Of a stretch of 64,000 nucleotides of DNA, positions 24,808 to 36,074 are shown in pieces (position 1 is the stretch's first letter; each line of letters starts with the position of its first letter). Location of the stretch: positions 2,232,001 to 2,296,000 of the forward strand of contig JAUFOQ010000002.1 in NCBI GenBank assembly GCA_040285855.1, read 5' to 3'. Made by a program: the position numbers and the translations under genes. The notes under the pieces were generated by a model, which worked only from the letters and a program-made list of their open reading frames with translations, was not told the origin of the DNA and did not search any database. Source of the DNA: Eukaryota sp. GEM-RC1. Its lineage: Eukaryota.

Positions 24808-24883
24808 CTTTATGTATTTTTGTTAGCTGGCTGGTGAAACCCGGCCATATTTGGTTAAGTCCATGAGAAAAAGATTCTATCTG
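24780..24883 (+). ncRNA. Candidate Fanzor omegaRNA (scaffold to 24863 plus flanking guide)
   Basis: Non-coding tail conserved between copies. Hairpin TGGCTGG-TGAAAC-CCGGCCA (24828-24847). Homology ends abruptly at the element end. The 5' boundary is a guess. Confidence 0.55.
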
Positions 24884-25609
24884 TAGTTATGTACATTTTG
24901 TAGACTTAATTTAACCTATTAAGACTCCGGTTTTACAGTTCTAAGTTAGAACTTCTAACCCACATGTACTACATGTTGAAATAGTGGTGTTCAGAAGTTG
25001 ATTCTGTGATCAACCGTTCTTTGGATACTGACTTGGTGATTTTGATTTTACAAATCATGTATGTACTCAACTTTGAAGTTATGACTTACTGTTGATCCAG
25101 ATTCTAGTAGTTGCATTTGGCAATATCAATAAACTTGGAATAGGAGAATATGCGGATTTCTCACCATCAAATGTTCTTTACCAATGTCTACCAGCAACGG
25201 TTCATCAAGTCAGTTCAAAGACAAATTCAACCCGACTGTTTATCTCATGGAATCAATCGACAGCGGTTAGCAAAAGTAGAATCTCTCGCACAGACATTTG
25301 ACAGTCTTACTTCCGTAAATCCTGAATCAGGAGCCAGTTTTGACGTTTTACTTTACCATCACTTTCGACCAATAGAATTCTGTAATATAGAGAACTCGTA
25401 TCAACACAATCATGATTGGCCTGTCACATTGCAGAAACCTATTTCTTCAAAACGATCCCATAATAGTACCTCACAGTCAAAAACTACTGACACTGATGCA
25501 GTTTTGCAACAGAACCATGCTCTGGCTTTTTCAGAATTTATAGCTCTTTGGCGAAATGTCGAATCGTGACTTTGAATTTCAATTTGTTTGGAACGTATAG
25601 TCATTCTCC

Positions 25610-26242
25610 ATGGTCTTTTCTAGGTCTGCTTCACTCATAAATTTGAATCCAAGTAGTACAAATCCTCAATCAGGGTCTCGTCATAAAGATATTCCGTTGA
25701 AGTACAGACATGGTAGAGGTATGGTGAGCAACTTTGTGGCTCAACAGAAGATCTCCAACATCTCTGATCCAAACTCATCAGCCTGCTTTGTGGAAGACAT
25801 GTTTACTCCAGAGCCAGTATCTCCTTTGAAACAATCTCCCCCCAAACAATTGCAAAAGTCGCAATCTAGAACCAGTCTGTTCACAAATGGGTCCAAAAAT
25901 CTCTCTTCACCTTCGTTGCTTCTGAGACGTAGTAAAAGCAATTTAGATTTAGGAATACGATCGCCAACGGGCTCTAATCTGACATTGAACACGAGTAGGT
26001 CCTCAGCCGCTGACTCAAAACCTCAAGAGGATAAATCGTTTCTCTCTAACCCTAAACACATGACTCTTACCATTCCTGAACCAGAATCTCCTGTGACGCG
26101 TGATAGATCAATGACGTCACTCTTTGGTAATGGCAGTTCTAGTGCAAACTTCTTTAAGCTTTCGTCCACAATCATTGAATCAGCGACTCGAGATTTAGAT
26201 CTGGATTCTCCGGTATCCCCCCTTGCGTTTGACGATTTTTGA
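25610..26242 (+). CDS. Ser/Pro-rich hypothetical protein, paralogue of 33121-33753
   Basis: Shared FSRSASLINLN, RHKDIPLKY, EDKSFL.NP, NFFKLSSTIIESAT.DLD, FDDF*. Both are 210 aa. Confidence 0.8.
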   Translation: MVFSRSASLINLNPSSTNPQSGSRHKDIPLKYRHGRGMVSNFVAQQKISNISDPNSSACFVEDMFTPEPVSPLKQSPPKQLQKSQSRTSLFTNGSKNLSSPSLLLRRSKSNLDLGIRSPTGSNLTLNTSRSSAADSKPQEDKSFLSNPKHMTLTIPEPESPVTRDRSMTSLFGNGSSSANFFKLSSTIIESATRDLDLDSPVSPLAFDDF

Positions 26243-26452
26243 GTGTAAATATATATCCTTTTTGACTCTTGTTTTATTTAAATCTGTCATTTATGACAAT
26301 AGAGATCAATCAGTCAAGTTAAAGGAACAGAAATGGCATAATAATTGAATTATTATCATCACGATTTGTAAAATGTGGCACTTGCATGAAAACATTCCAG
26401 ATAGATTGGAAAACGCACTAAAAACTATAAAATAATGAAACAATCTCTCTGT

Positions 26453-28558
26453 CTAATGTCGCTTTTTTAACTTTTCCAAAAATTTCTTTTTAATTTTCAA
26501 ATCAGTTTTTGCAGGACACTCAGGAAAATGTTCGTCATCAAGATCATAATACTCAGGGGCCAACTCCAACAGCCACCGTCCATCAATAGCTGTGACAGTC
26601 CTAATAAAGTTCTGTGAAGTCTTGACAAACTCATTGAACAGAACCCATGAGGGAGCTGAAGAAAGAGAATTAAGACAAGAAGAAGGATGAATGGAAACTT
26701 CTTGATTGTCCTTGATTGTCAAATACTTTCCTTTTTTGAACATATGGGCAGCCTGTGAGAAAAACCCTCCAACAATAGACTTTTTGATCTTATCTACCCA
26801 ATCAGATGAGTTGAAGTCAACAGAAGCCAATGGCAGGTCAAGTTTCTGACAGAGTTTCTCCAGCTGATTTCGAATCCTCTCCGCTTGTTGCAACGACCTT
26901 TTCGAGACAAAACGTGTCACAGCCCAATCAGAAACGTCATAGTTCCTCATATACTCAAGGTATACATTAAGCAATGCCAAATGATCACTATCGTATTTAA
27001 AAAACTCTTGGTGAGCCTCATCTGCTTCTTTCCTTCTATCTGAAGGTCTCAGCAACAGTGGTGGGACTGATAGAAGAGAAGCAATGGTAATGGCTTCATT
27101 CCCACAATTTAAATTAAACTGGGGATCACATGCTAGAATAATCATTTTTGATAGTTGTGGATCTAGAGGAAGCTCAGCTAGTTTAGCTCCCAAATCAGTG
27201 AGCTGTACCTCGTCGTTGATTGCACCTAAAAAGGAAAGTAGCTCAAGTGCCCTCATCATTGTTTCTGGAGCCGGTGGATCAGGAAAGTCAAACGTCACCA
27301 GGTTTTTAACTCCTAACTTGAGCATCTGCAATACTACTGCAGTAATATCACACCTCAACATCTCTGGCCATGTCTGTTCTATCAACTTCTCTTTATACGC
27401 CTTCTCTGTATACAATCTGTAACACTTCCCCGCTTGAGTTCGACCTGCTCTTCCAGCTCGCTGTTTTGCAGAGGCCTTTGAGATCGGAATGACTGGTAAT
27501 GACTCTATTCTAGTCCTTGGATTGTAGAACTTTTGTTTACAGAAACCCGGATCAACAACGTAGACAACTCCTTCGATAGTAATAGAAGTCTCAGCAATGT
27601 TAGTGCTGATAACCACCTTCCTACCATTACGAGGCCCTGGTTCGAAGACCCGTTGTTGAGCTGAGAAGGGAAGTGCAGCGTAGAGTGGGAGGACTCTGCA
27701 AGAACCTCCAGTTCCAGGTTCTTGAGTTAAAATGGCGGAAATCTCTCTACACGCCTGTTCAATCTCTTCCTCTCCAGTCAAAAACAATAGAATATCCCCT
27801 GGTCCTTCTTCTTGATGGATCTGTACGACTGTTCTGATTGCTGCTTCTAGATAATCCCTCTCAGGCTGGTCCAAGTACTTAACATCAACTGGAAAGAGTC
27901 TTCCAGGGACAGTAAGAAGAGGAGCATTAGGGAAGTAAGAAGTGAACTTCTCTGAGTTGAGGGTAGCACTCATTACGATTACTCTGAGATCAGGACGTTG
28001 AGGAAGGAGGGACTTGAGGATGCCAAGGAGAACGTCAGTAGCAACTGTTCGTTCATGAGCTTCATCTACTATGACAATCTTGTATCTTGATAGTAAAGGA
28101 TCATTCATGAGTTCACGAAGAAGCATTCCATCAGTTAAATAGGTTAAACGAGTCTTTTCTGACGTCATGTCATCAAATCTGATTGAATACCCAACGTGAT
28201 CACCAAGGACGGTGTCAAGTTCTTCTGCAACTCGAGCAGCAACTGAAGTGGCAGCGACACGTCTAGGTTGGGTACAGCAGATACCGAGATCTCCCACAAG
28301 AGGTGATAGTAGAAGAAACTGAGGAACCTGTGTTGTCTTTCCAGAACCAGTTTCACCAACTAATACAGTAACTTGGTTCTTTTCAACAGATGACAGTAAT
28401 TTATCCTTAAAAGACCAAATTGGAAGCTCCTGACGTCGTTTGAGAAGTTGCCAATACCGACCGGAGAAGTCTTCATCAGTGAGTTGATTGATGTAAGAAG
28501 AGTCATTGGACATGGAAGAGGATGAATGTCTGGATTGTTTTAAGGGTGGAGGAGACAT
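26453..28558 (-). CDS. DHX15: Pre-mRNA splicing DEAH-box helicase Prp43/DHX15
   Basis: GETGSGKTTQ, TQPRRVAA, DEAHERT, SAT, STNIAETS, QRAGRAGR, FPDPPAPETMMRALE, YLTIKDNQ. Confidence 0.93.
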   Translation of the reverse strand: MSPPPLKQSRHSSSSMSNDSSYINQLTDEDFSGRYWQLLKRRQELPIWSFKDKLLSSVEKNQVTVLVGETGSGKTTQVPQFLLLSPLVGDLGICCTQPRRVAATSVAARVAEELDTVLGDHVGYSIRFDDMTSEKTRLTYLTDGMLLRELMNDPLLSRYKIVIVDEAHERTVATDVLLGILKSLLPQRPDLRVIVMSATLNSEKFTSYFPNAPLLTVPGRLFPVDVKYLDQPERDYLEAAIRTVVQIHQEEGPGDILLFLTGEEEIEQACREISAILTQEPGTGGSCRVLPLYAALPFSAQQRVFEPGPRNGRKVVISTNIAETSITIEGVVYVVDPGFCKQKFYNPRTRIESLPVIPISKASAKQRAGRAGRTQAGKCYRLYTEKAYKEKLIEQTWPEMLRCDITAVVLQMLKLGVKNLVTFDFPDPPAPETMMRALELLSFLGAINDEVQLTDLGAKLAELPLDPQLSKMIILACDPQFNLNCGNEAITIASLLSVPPLLLRPSDRRKEADEAHQEFFKYDSDHLALLNVYLEYMRNYDVSDWAVTRFVSKRSLQQAERIRNQLEKLCQKLDLPLASVDFNSSDWVDKIKKSIVGGFFSQAAHMFKKGKYLTIKDNQEVSIHPSSCLNSLSSAPSWVLFNEFVKTSQNFIRTVTAIDGRWLLELAPEYYDLDDEHFPECPAKTDLKIKKKFLEKLKKRH

Positions 28559-28600
28559 TTTTGAAAGAAAGAGGGTCTTTGTTGACGAGTCTCCTGATAT

Positions 28601-29437
28601 ATGCAGTCTCTTCTGCTAGACTCTCTACATTCTGTAGCCAAAGCCAGTAGAACATCCACTTCTATACATTCTCCTCGAATATCATCATCGCCACCAAACA
28701 AGTCAGAAAATGTACATCTATCTTTAGATCCAAACTTTTCTCCTTTATTGCCATGCTCACCTCCATCTACTCATAGGCCATCGTCTAGTCGATTTCGTGT
28801 TGAACTTAAGCCTTTTATTCCTTCACATCCACTGAAGACTAAGGTAACGCCGTCTGGACTCCCCAATTTAATTGCGAAGTTACCATCTCTTTCTACTTCT
28901 ACTAGTGATGCAGGACAGAAGTTTTTCACTCCATCACAGGTCTCAACAAGATACTTTTCTCAAATGTCAGACTCTCGAACCGACAATAACCGAAATAATA
29001 TGAAAAGAAAAACAACGGAAAGGGAGAAACTTAAACCTCAAAAACCAAGGTTATCAAAAACTCCCACAGTTACTTTTGAGAGAGATTCAGATCACAATTT
29101 AAAAGTTAATGATAAATTCATGGCTGAACGTGCTGTTGACTCTTTGCCTAGACCAAAACCATTTCCCAAGAACTCATTTTCACCAAGAAACATTAGTAAA
29201 ATATCGTCAAAGAAAGCTAAAAGTGGATCAGTGAAGGCGTCAAGTTCTACTTTATCAAATCTTCCACAGTTTCCTAAATATTCAGATTCTCATCTTAGTG
29301 AAAGTTTACCAACACCTATTCGGTATCAGTTTGTTCCTGGGAAAGTTTCAAAAACTTCTGAAACTCACAGTGAACCCTCGACGAGAGAAAATTCTTTAAT
29401 TTTTTCCAGAATTAATTTGATTTTGAATACTATTTGA
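28601..29437 (+). CDS. Ser/Pro/Lys-rich hypothetical protein
   Basis: 278-aa ATG ORF divergent from DHX15 across a 42-bp gap. Confidence 0.65.
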   Translation: MQSLLLDSLHSVAKASRTSTSIHSPRISSSPPNKSENVHLSLDPNFSPLLPCSPPSTHRPSSSRFRVELKPFIPSHPLKTKVTPSGLPNLIAKLPSLSTSTSDAGQKFFTPSQVSTRYFSQMSDSRTDNNRNNMKRKTTEREKLKPQKPRLSKTPTVTFERDSDHNLKVNDKFMAERAVDSLPRPKPFPKNSFSPRNISKISSKKAKSGSVKASSSTLSNLPQFPKYSDSHLSESLPTPIRYQFVPGKVSKTSETHSEPSTRENSLIFSRINLILNTI

Positions 29438-30921
29438 CTGAGATTCTATTTCAATTTTTTACAATTATTTTTCTGTTTTTCAGTGTATTTTTATTTTCTT
29501 GTTCGGTGGTTGTTTCCATTTGTTGGATCTCAGGTTTTTGTATCAGGTATCTGTTGGAATTGTTATTTTTGATCTTTCATTGATATCAAATTATTTTACG
29601 TTTTTTAAATTATTGAGTTTTTTGCTACTCTACGTCTTCCAATGATTGATCGATGTTTTTTAATTTTCTTGAATAGTTTCTTTGGTCGAAGTGCTTTCAA
29701 CTTTGTTTATTTTATTTGTTTAATTATTCGGTACTATTTAGAATATCTACCAACTAGTTCGCTGTTATTCAACTTATAAAATTGTAAATGAGTTCTTTAG
29801 CTGTTCAGTGATTAGATTCAGTTTGTCCTCAAATTTTAATTTTAACTTCCTGATTCACATGTTCCAAATAATTGTAAGTAACACAGTTTTGAATATTACC
29901 ACATCGTTTTCCTCAATTACTACAATGTAGATACACCTCACGTTACAGTAGTCAATTGAATAAGGCAGACCGAAAACACCCTTAAGTTTAAGAGATGAAC
30001 TTATTTGGGACATCTCTTTGATCTTTTTAATATTGAAAACAGTGGTTTAATTCTATAAATGAATTAACACATATTATTTCAGAATATATGAATGGTGGAA
30101 CTCAAACTTCGCATTGAATGGGTATATACATTAGAAATACTATTAGGAGTGCCTAAGATTGCTCAGCCACTGCTTCGTGACGTCATTGTGACGGTGAAGT
30201 CGTGTACAATCCTAGTTAAACCCAATTTGAATTTCAACAGTCGCATTCGTATTTCAATAAAGAAATATTTGAAAAAACGTAGATGATACCTTCGGGCACA
30301 AAGGACACTAATACCTTTGGCTAACTTACATCTCAAAGTACTCTCTTCATCTTAAGATATTGATTACGTTATCTTAAAGATCACGTGATTGGTCAAAAGA
30401 AGAAACTCGTACTTGTATGAAAAAGCCATAGCAATATACCTGGTATCTTAACTAAAGTCATCATGGAGTATCTTTTGGATGTGGTGGGAGATATAATGTA
30501 TTACATATATATGGTCACAACCTTTTCTGCAATAACCTTTTATGTATCGGTGGCATTTTCAACTTGGTTCTCTTCATAAGAAGTTGAAACAATCCAAGAC
30601 TACATACCAATAGTTTCTGTCTCAATGGGTGGGTGAGTCTCAATTGCATTGGCTTGTTAAGTGTGTCACATAATTGATCAGGTAACCAAAAACCCATTGG
30701 AAAATTGGCCGCATTTTGACGTCAAAGAGAACACAATAAAACAATTCATAACGGAAGAAGCAGAAAAGAAGCAGAAAAAAAGTACGATATACGGATGTGA
30801 TCCTTTTGGAAAAGAAGTTTGGGAAAGTTGGTTTCAATTCTGGGCAATTTTGTCGAATTCAACCATCCTTTAGTCTCTTCAAATGTACCGTATCAATTCC
30901 AGCTAGTTCTCACTGCAGATC

Positions 30922-31668
30922 ATGTATCCGAATCCCCAAGGATCGTCTCCTCCTCAAATTCAAGGAGCTGGCTCTCCACAAGAACAATGGTATCCAAATC
31001 CAATTCAAGGAGCTAGCCCTTTGCAACACCAGGCCCTTCCTCCTCAGATCCACGGCTCTAGTCAAGTACCTCCTCAAGATGACTCCAAAAAACGTACACT
31101 GATTTCGACAACCATCACTGTTGTGTTGGTGGTAATGGCTGTTGTCGTTATTCTTGGTGTACTTAGTGGTAACGCTGAGTCTCCTGATGAGGAGGATCAA
31201 TTGTATGTGCATCGTCAAGTGGCCTTCACCGTTTCCGATTTTCCAAACGTTTACATGTTTGCAGTCGACTACGATGCTCGTGTGCTGTACACTCACCAGA
31301 ACGATGAATACGTTGGGAATCATGAGAGCATAACAAAACTAACCGACAGCAGAAGATACGAAAAATTCACTGCTTACACCGTGGACATGTGTTTTGGTAC
31401 AGACGCAACTCCAGATCAACTGTATTATGCCAGTCATATAATTGACGTGTTGCCACCCAAGGATGCCAAAATAGATGGTAGTAAAACCGTCAGTGGCATT
31501 TCGTGTGACGTTTACCTATCTGCCGACCATGACCAACGTTGGTGTGTTGCTGATGGATTTGTTGTTGAAGTGGAAGACAATGTCGGCACATCCCTTGTTA
31601 CCAATCACGAAAAGTTGACCCAAGACTCATGGTATTTTGATGAGTACAAACTCTGTCCAGACCTATAA
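30922..31668 (+). CDS. Single-pass (type II) membrane protein with Pro/Gln-rich repeats and Cys-containing ectodomain
   Basis: YPNPQG/YPNPIQG repeats, TM segment ITVVLVVMAVVVILGVL, ATG-to-stop ORF of 248 aa. Confidence 0.75.
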   Translation: MYPNPQGSSPPQIQGAGSPQEQWYPNPIQGASPLQHQALPPQIHGSSQVPPQDDSKKRTLISTTITVVLVVMAVVVILGVLSGNAESPDEEDQLYVHRQVAFTVSDFPNVYMFAVDYDARVLYTHQNDEYVGNHESITKLTDSRRYEKFTAYTVDMCFGTDATPDQLYYASHIIDVLPPKDAKIDGSKTVSGISCDVYLSADHDQRWCVADGFVVEVEDNVGTSLVTNHEKLTQDSWYFDEYKLCPDL

Positions 31669-31867
31669 TCCTCATTTTTTCATCTCGAGTACACATGTAG
31701 TCTACAAAAATAAACGTATGTATGATCATTTTTGCAAGAAGTGACTGGAACCCATCGATTGTGGAAACAGTCTGCTCAAATGGATTATATTGTTATTTGT
31801 GTAAAGTACAGAATTAACAGGTACATGTAGATTGGTCGAAGCATTCGAAATGCTAATAATACTGTAA

Positions 31868-32637
31868 GAGAACGGCTATCCGTGTAACAGAATTTGAATT
31901 TCGAATATGAACTTTATGGATCAACATAAAATCATCTTTATAGATCAAAAAGAGCAATGTATATTATGTGTGAAACATCGTGTTAGCTTTATTGTGATCA
32001 AGTCAACGCACAGAAGTTGTACATAAAAGGGAATCTCTTGAAATCATAAAATAGGTAACAGAGGTGAGATATACACTTATCAATGGAAGACAAGGCAATG
32101 CTACGAGTGTGTGTGCGTGATAACAACAGGCTTCGTATACGTGATCATGTGGCAAACGAGATTAAGTGGCTTTATTTGCTGCTGGGATGCAAATAATCCA
32201 GCTGTTGAATATGATTCAATAAAGAAAGAGTGTTTCGATTTGACCATACATCAAAGACGCTTACAGCAAGCTCCGAGTCATTGGAGATAAGTTCAACAAG
32301 TTTGAGTTTAAAAAGGAGGCCATTGATGGTTCTACACTAATGAGAACACTCAAGGAGATCTTTTGTCTAAAGATTCCTAGGTAGGTCATTTAGTACAAAA
32401 GAAGAAAGTCTCCTTCAAACGAGGTCAAACAAGTCATTGTTGACAAGTTTTAATTCCACTGCTGATGTATCATCATATACAAAAGAAGTTGTTGCGAAAG
32501 GAGTAACATGTAGAATGTTGAGAACCATTGCTATGTACAATGTACATTGTAGTTGTCACACGTATAAGAAAAAGTTGGCCATTTTGTCACACGTAAAAGG
32601 ATTTCAAATTTCAGTTGTCACACGTAGAGATCTAGCC
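31868..32637 (+). mobile_element. Second (inverted, uninterrupted) copy of the 10944-12401 element
   Basis: Ends GAGAACGGCTAT... and ...GTCACACGTAGAGATCTAGCC. Internal sequence homologous to the reverse complement of 11000-11600. No TSD visible. Confidence 0.8.
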
Positions 32638-33120
32638 TTGCGTTCAATAGCATCGCAATTTGAACTTGTGTTACAAACAATCTCTTTGAAATGCATTTAT
32701 TTCATTTACAACTTGGCTCGACAATTGGTCAATGAAGAAACACAATGATCTAGTAGAACATTGAATCAATAAAACAATCAAATAGGAGACACAATTACAT
32801 GTACAAAATTTTGACGTATCTGAAACGCCGAGCATTTTCTAGATTCCGGTAGTAGATATAAAAGTTTTCACAGTGAAACAAATGTATTCCATATAAATGA
32901 CGTACATGCATTCTGCTTTGTCAGCACCAATTGAAATAGAAGAGCTGATGTCTAGAATGACTCAAGCCAAGAAAGACACAGTTCGAATACAGAACAAGAC
33001 GACTGTAATGGGTTTGCATTTCGTGATAGATGACTAACCGGTGTGAGGAGTTGGTGTGAGGTTGGAAGTTTAGACCCTGAAATCAGCATTGATTTTGGTC
33101 TGATCAATGCATAGGTTAGT

Positions 33121-33753
33121 ATGCCGTTTTCTCGTTCTGCATCACTTATAAATCTGAATCTAGGTTGTACGAGTCCTTCGTCAGAATCTCGCCACAAAGA
33201 TATACCACTGAAGTACTGGCATAACAAGGCATCGCCGAGTAACTTTGATACCCAACAAAAGAGCAGCAATGCTTCAGATACAAAGGGAGACTCCGGTGCT
33301 TGGTTTTCAGAAGACATCGTTTCTCCTTCAAGACAACCTCCACCAAAACAACTTCTCAAATCACAGTCTTTTACCACTGTGTTGCCAAGTAGTGGACCCA
33401 GAACTTACCACCCCCGTTCATTACTTCTGAGGCGCAACCAAAGTAGTACTTTACTTGGAATCACGTCACCGTCTAAGCCCAGCTGGATGTCAGAATCCCA
33501 CCGATCTTCGCTAACTGATTCAACACCAAATGAGGAAGATAAGTCGTTCCTTACCAATCCCAGACACAACATTCTCCACCTTTCTAAGCCAGAATCTCCT
33601 TGCGACAGATCAATGTCATCCCTCTTTGGTGACGGTAGCTCTAGTACAAACTTCTTCAAACTGTCGTCCACAATCATTGAATCGGCAACACAAGATCTTG
33701 ATTCGGATTCGTACGTGTCTAATCTGTCACTCTCTGGCTTTGATGACTTTTGA
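33121..33753 (+). CDS. Ser/Pro-rich hypothetical protein, paralogue of 25610-26242
   Basis: See 25610-26242. Confidence 0.8.
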   Translation: MPFSRSASLINLNLGCTSPSSESRHKDIPLKYWHNKASPSNFDTQQKSSNASDTKGDSGAWFSEDIVSPSRQPPPKQLLKSQSFTTVLPSSGPRTYHPRSLLLRRNQSSTLLGITSPSKPSWMSESHRSSLTDSTPNEEDKSFLTNPRHNILHLSKPESPCDRSMSSLFGDGSSSTNFFKLSSTIIESATQDLDSDSYVSNLSLSGFDDF

Positions 33754-34045
33754 ATCTACCATTCCTGAGACTATCTTGCTCTCAGCCAACGGAAACCTGG
33801 GTTCTAGCAACTGAAATGTACGTACACTAATTAAGAAATTCTTTTGAAAGGACAATTTAAAAACAACTACATTATAACTACTAGTACTGTCGGCAATCTT
33901 AGTTGAAGTGCTTATCGAGCTGACAATTGGATACAACAACTACTCTTAGTTGACTACGATAACCTTTAACCAAACAATGACTTTATCCACCCAAAAACAA
34001 CAGAAAACCAAAATAATTTACACAACACCATTGATTATATACATA

Positions 34046-35844
34046 CTAAAGACTCTTCCAAGTTACCACGTTCTTTTTGGCATTGTCTTTCATTTCCTGA
34101 AGCCCTTCCATGATAAAGAAGGAAAGAGCCTCAATCAATGGTAGGACAACACCCTCAATGAACTTTACTTGCAAATCCTGTAAATTGACTATCTCTTGGC
34201 CTCCTCCAGGGAAAATGATTGACTGTAGTCCATGAACTTGTTCAGTTTCGCTTTGGCCAATAAACTCCTGAATTAGTTGATAGGCCCAAGTTCGAGCAAT
34301 TTCAAAGGGACGACATGGATTACTGATGTCAGACACTTTGAGTATTCCTTGACACAGTAGAAGTCTGTTTTCTGGTGAAGAAGATATGCACGATATCTTT
34401 GCAGAGAGAGGGTCAACATCCAGCGGACAAGTCTTCATGACTGCATTTAGATTGGATAAAAACTTGCCGTGTGTTCCCATGTCAGTTCCCAGAATGCAGT
34501 TGATCAGAACTGTTCGAAAACGATTCCATTGAGAAACTGGTAAGTGATTCACGAAATTGTTTTCTTCTTTGATTAGGAGAATGGAGGCTCTTGAAGCATG
34601 GTGATTCTCTAACACAGACATATGGTTAGTTATGATAGTACTACATACATGTCATTGTAAATAAATGCCAATGGACTTTTTGCTTGTATCAAAAAAAGCA
34701 TTGTTTAGCCCCGGATGTTCAACGTCATGACTGGGATAAGGAGGTATATTCATTGACAAACCAAAGAGCGGAGACCATGAGCGCAAATTGTTCTATAGGT
34801 TCAATGATTCCAAAATCATGAATTCTGTTAATAAGGTAAAATGTGACTTGAGAAACATCGACGGCGTGTGTGAAGTTATGGTAAGGCACTGGACGATAAT
34901 GTCTAGTGTTAGATTGAAAGAATGCAGGCAAACCGTGAAACATCAACAACAAAGTTTCTCAACTTTCCCCTATCAACATTGAAGTGATTAATTAGACCAA
35001 GACCATCCAACATCTCAATGTAGATATTCACTAACTGTCCATTGTCCATAGAAAATGGATCAAATTGCCACGTCATTAGCTCTTGTGCTGAAAGAGATGG
35101 GCGAAGAGAGATGGATTTTCTTCTCGTTGCTGTCTGTGGACCTGGAATAGTTTCCAGCTCCAATCCTTCTAATTCAAACAGGAGGTGAAACACATCAAAT
35201 TCAGAACTAGACGGACCGTGTTCTCCCATATGTTGCAAGATCTCGCTGACTTGCTCTTGTGCTCTTTTGGTTGATTGACTAAATGATGGCATAAATACTA
35301 AATCTGACATTAAAGACCGCAACCCTGATGTCATCTCCCCTATTCTCCTCTTGAGGAGTTCTACTTCCTGTATCGACTCCTCATACATTCTCTTCCACAC
35401 TAATGCTTTAGACTCCAACTCTTTGAACTTATCAATAGAAACAGTTGAGATGGTTTTTGATACCAAATCAATTCTTCTTCTAACTGTTGCAAAGATCACT
35501 GGTTTCAAAAGATAGTCTTCAGCACCTGCTTCTACACAGCGAATAACCATTGATGGGTCATCAAAAGCTGACATAATTACTACAGGAATTCGTTTAAAGT
35601 TTTCGGTTGATTTAATGTTTTTTAGAAGTTCATATCCATCCATTTCAGGCATCATATCTTTGATTACTGTAATACATTACATACAATCAGAAATAATCAG
35701 ATCTGTACGACTGTGTTCCTGTGCAAGAATCGCCAAAGCAACTTTACCGTTTTCAGCGACCGAGGTAGACGATTTACATTGTCGGCACATAGCTGCAACT
35801 GAACGACGAGTGACAGCATCGTCATCAACTATAAGTACATGCAT
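34046..35844 (-). CDS. Response-regulator receiver + class I cyclic nucleotide phosphodiesterase (RegA-like), four tiny introns
   Basis: MHVLIVDD, SDYMMPEMDG, DYLLKP, PYHNFTHA, CHDVEHPG, SVLENHH, GTDM, KVSDISN. Introns 35658-35684, 34903-34933, 34731-34761, 34620-34648. One extra T in a T-run near 34695. Confidence 0.9.
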
Positions 35845-36074
35845 TAGATAAGGGTAAGGAAAGGACACTACGAGGTTTTCAAAATTGAGGAGTTCTAATA
35901 GAGAAAAAGGTAGTTGAACGGTTGAATCTATTTAATTCTTATTTTAGTTCAATTACTAATAATTGTGATACAGAAAGAATATTGGATTTCTCTCCAAAAG
36001 ATAATCACAAACCACTTCTAACGAAACTTAAAAATATATTTAATATATTTATTGATGAAAAATGTGTATTTTTT

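Larger units (their letters stand above)
17827..24863 (+). mobile_element. Composite Fanzor1-carrying element, copy 1
   Basis: Homology with the reverse complement of 36095-42309 starts at TCCGTAGCCTAAGAAATAG and ends at TATTTGGTTAAGTCCA. The flanks diverge. Confidence 0.88.
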
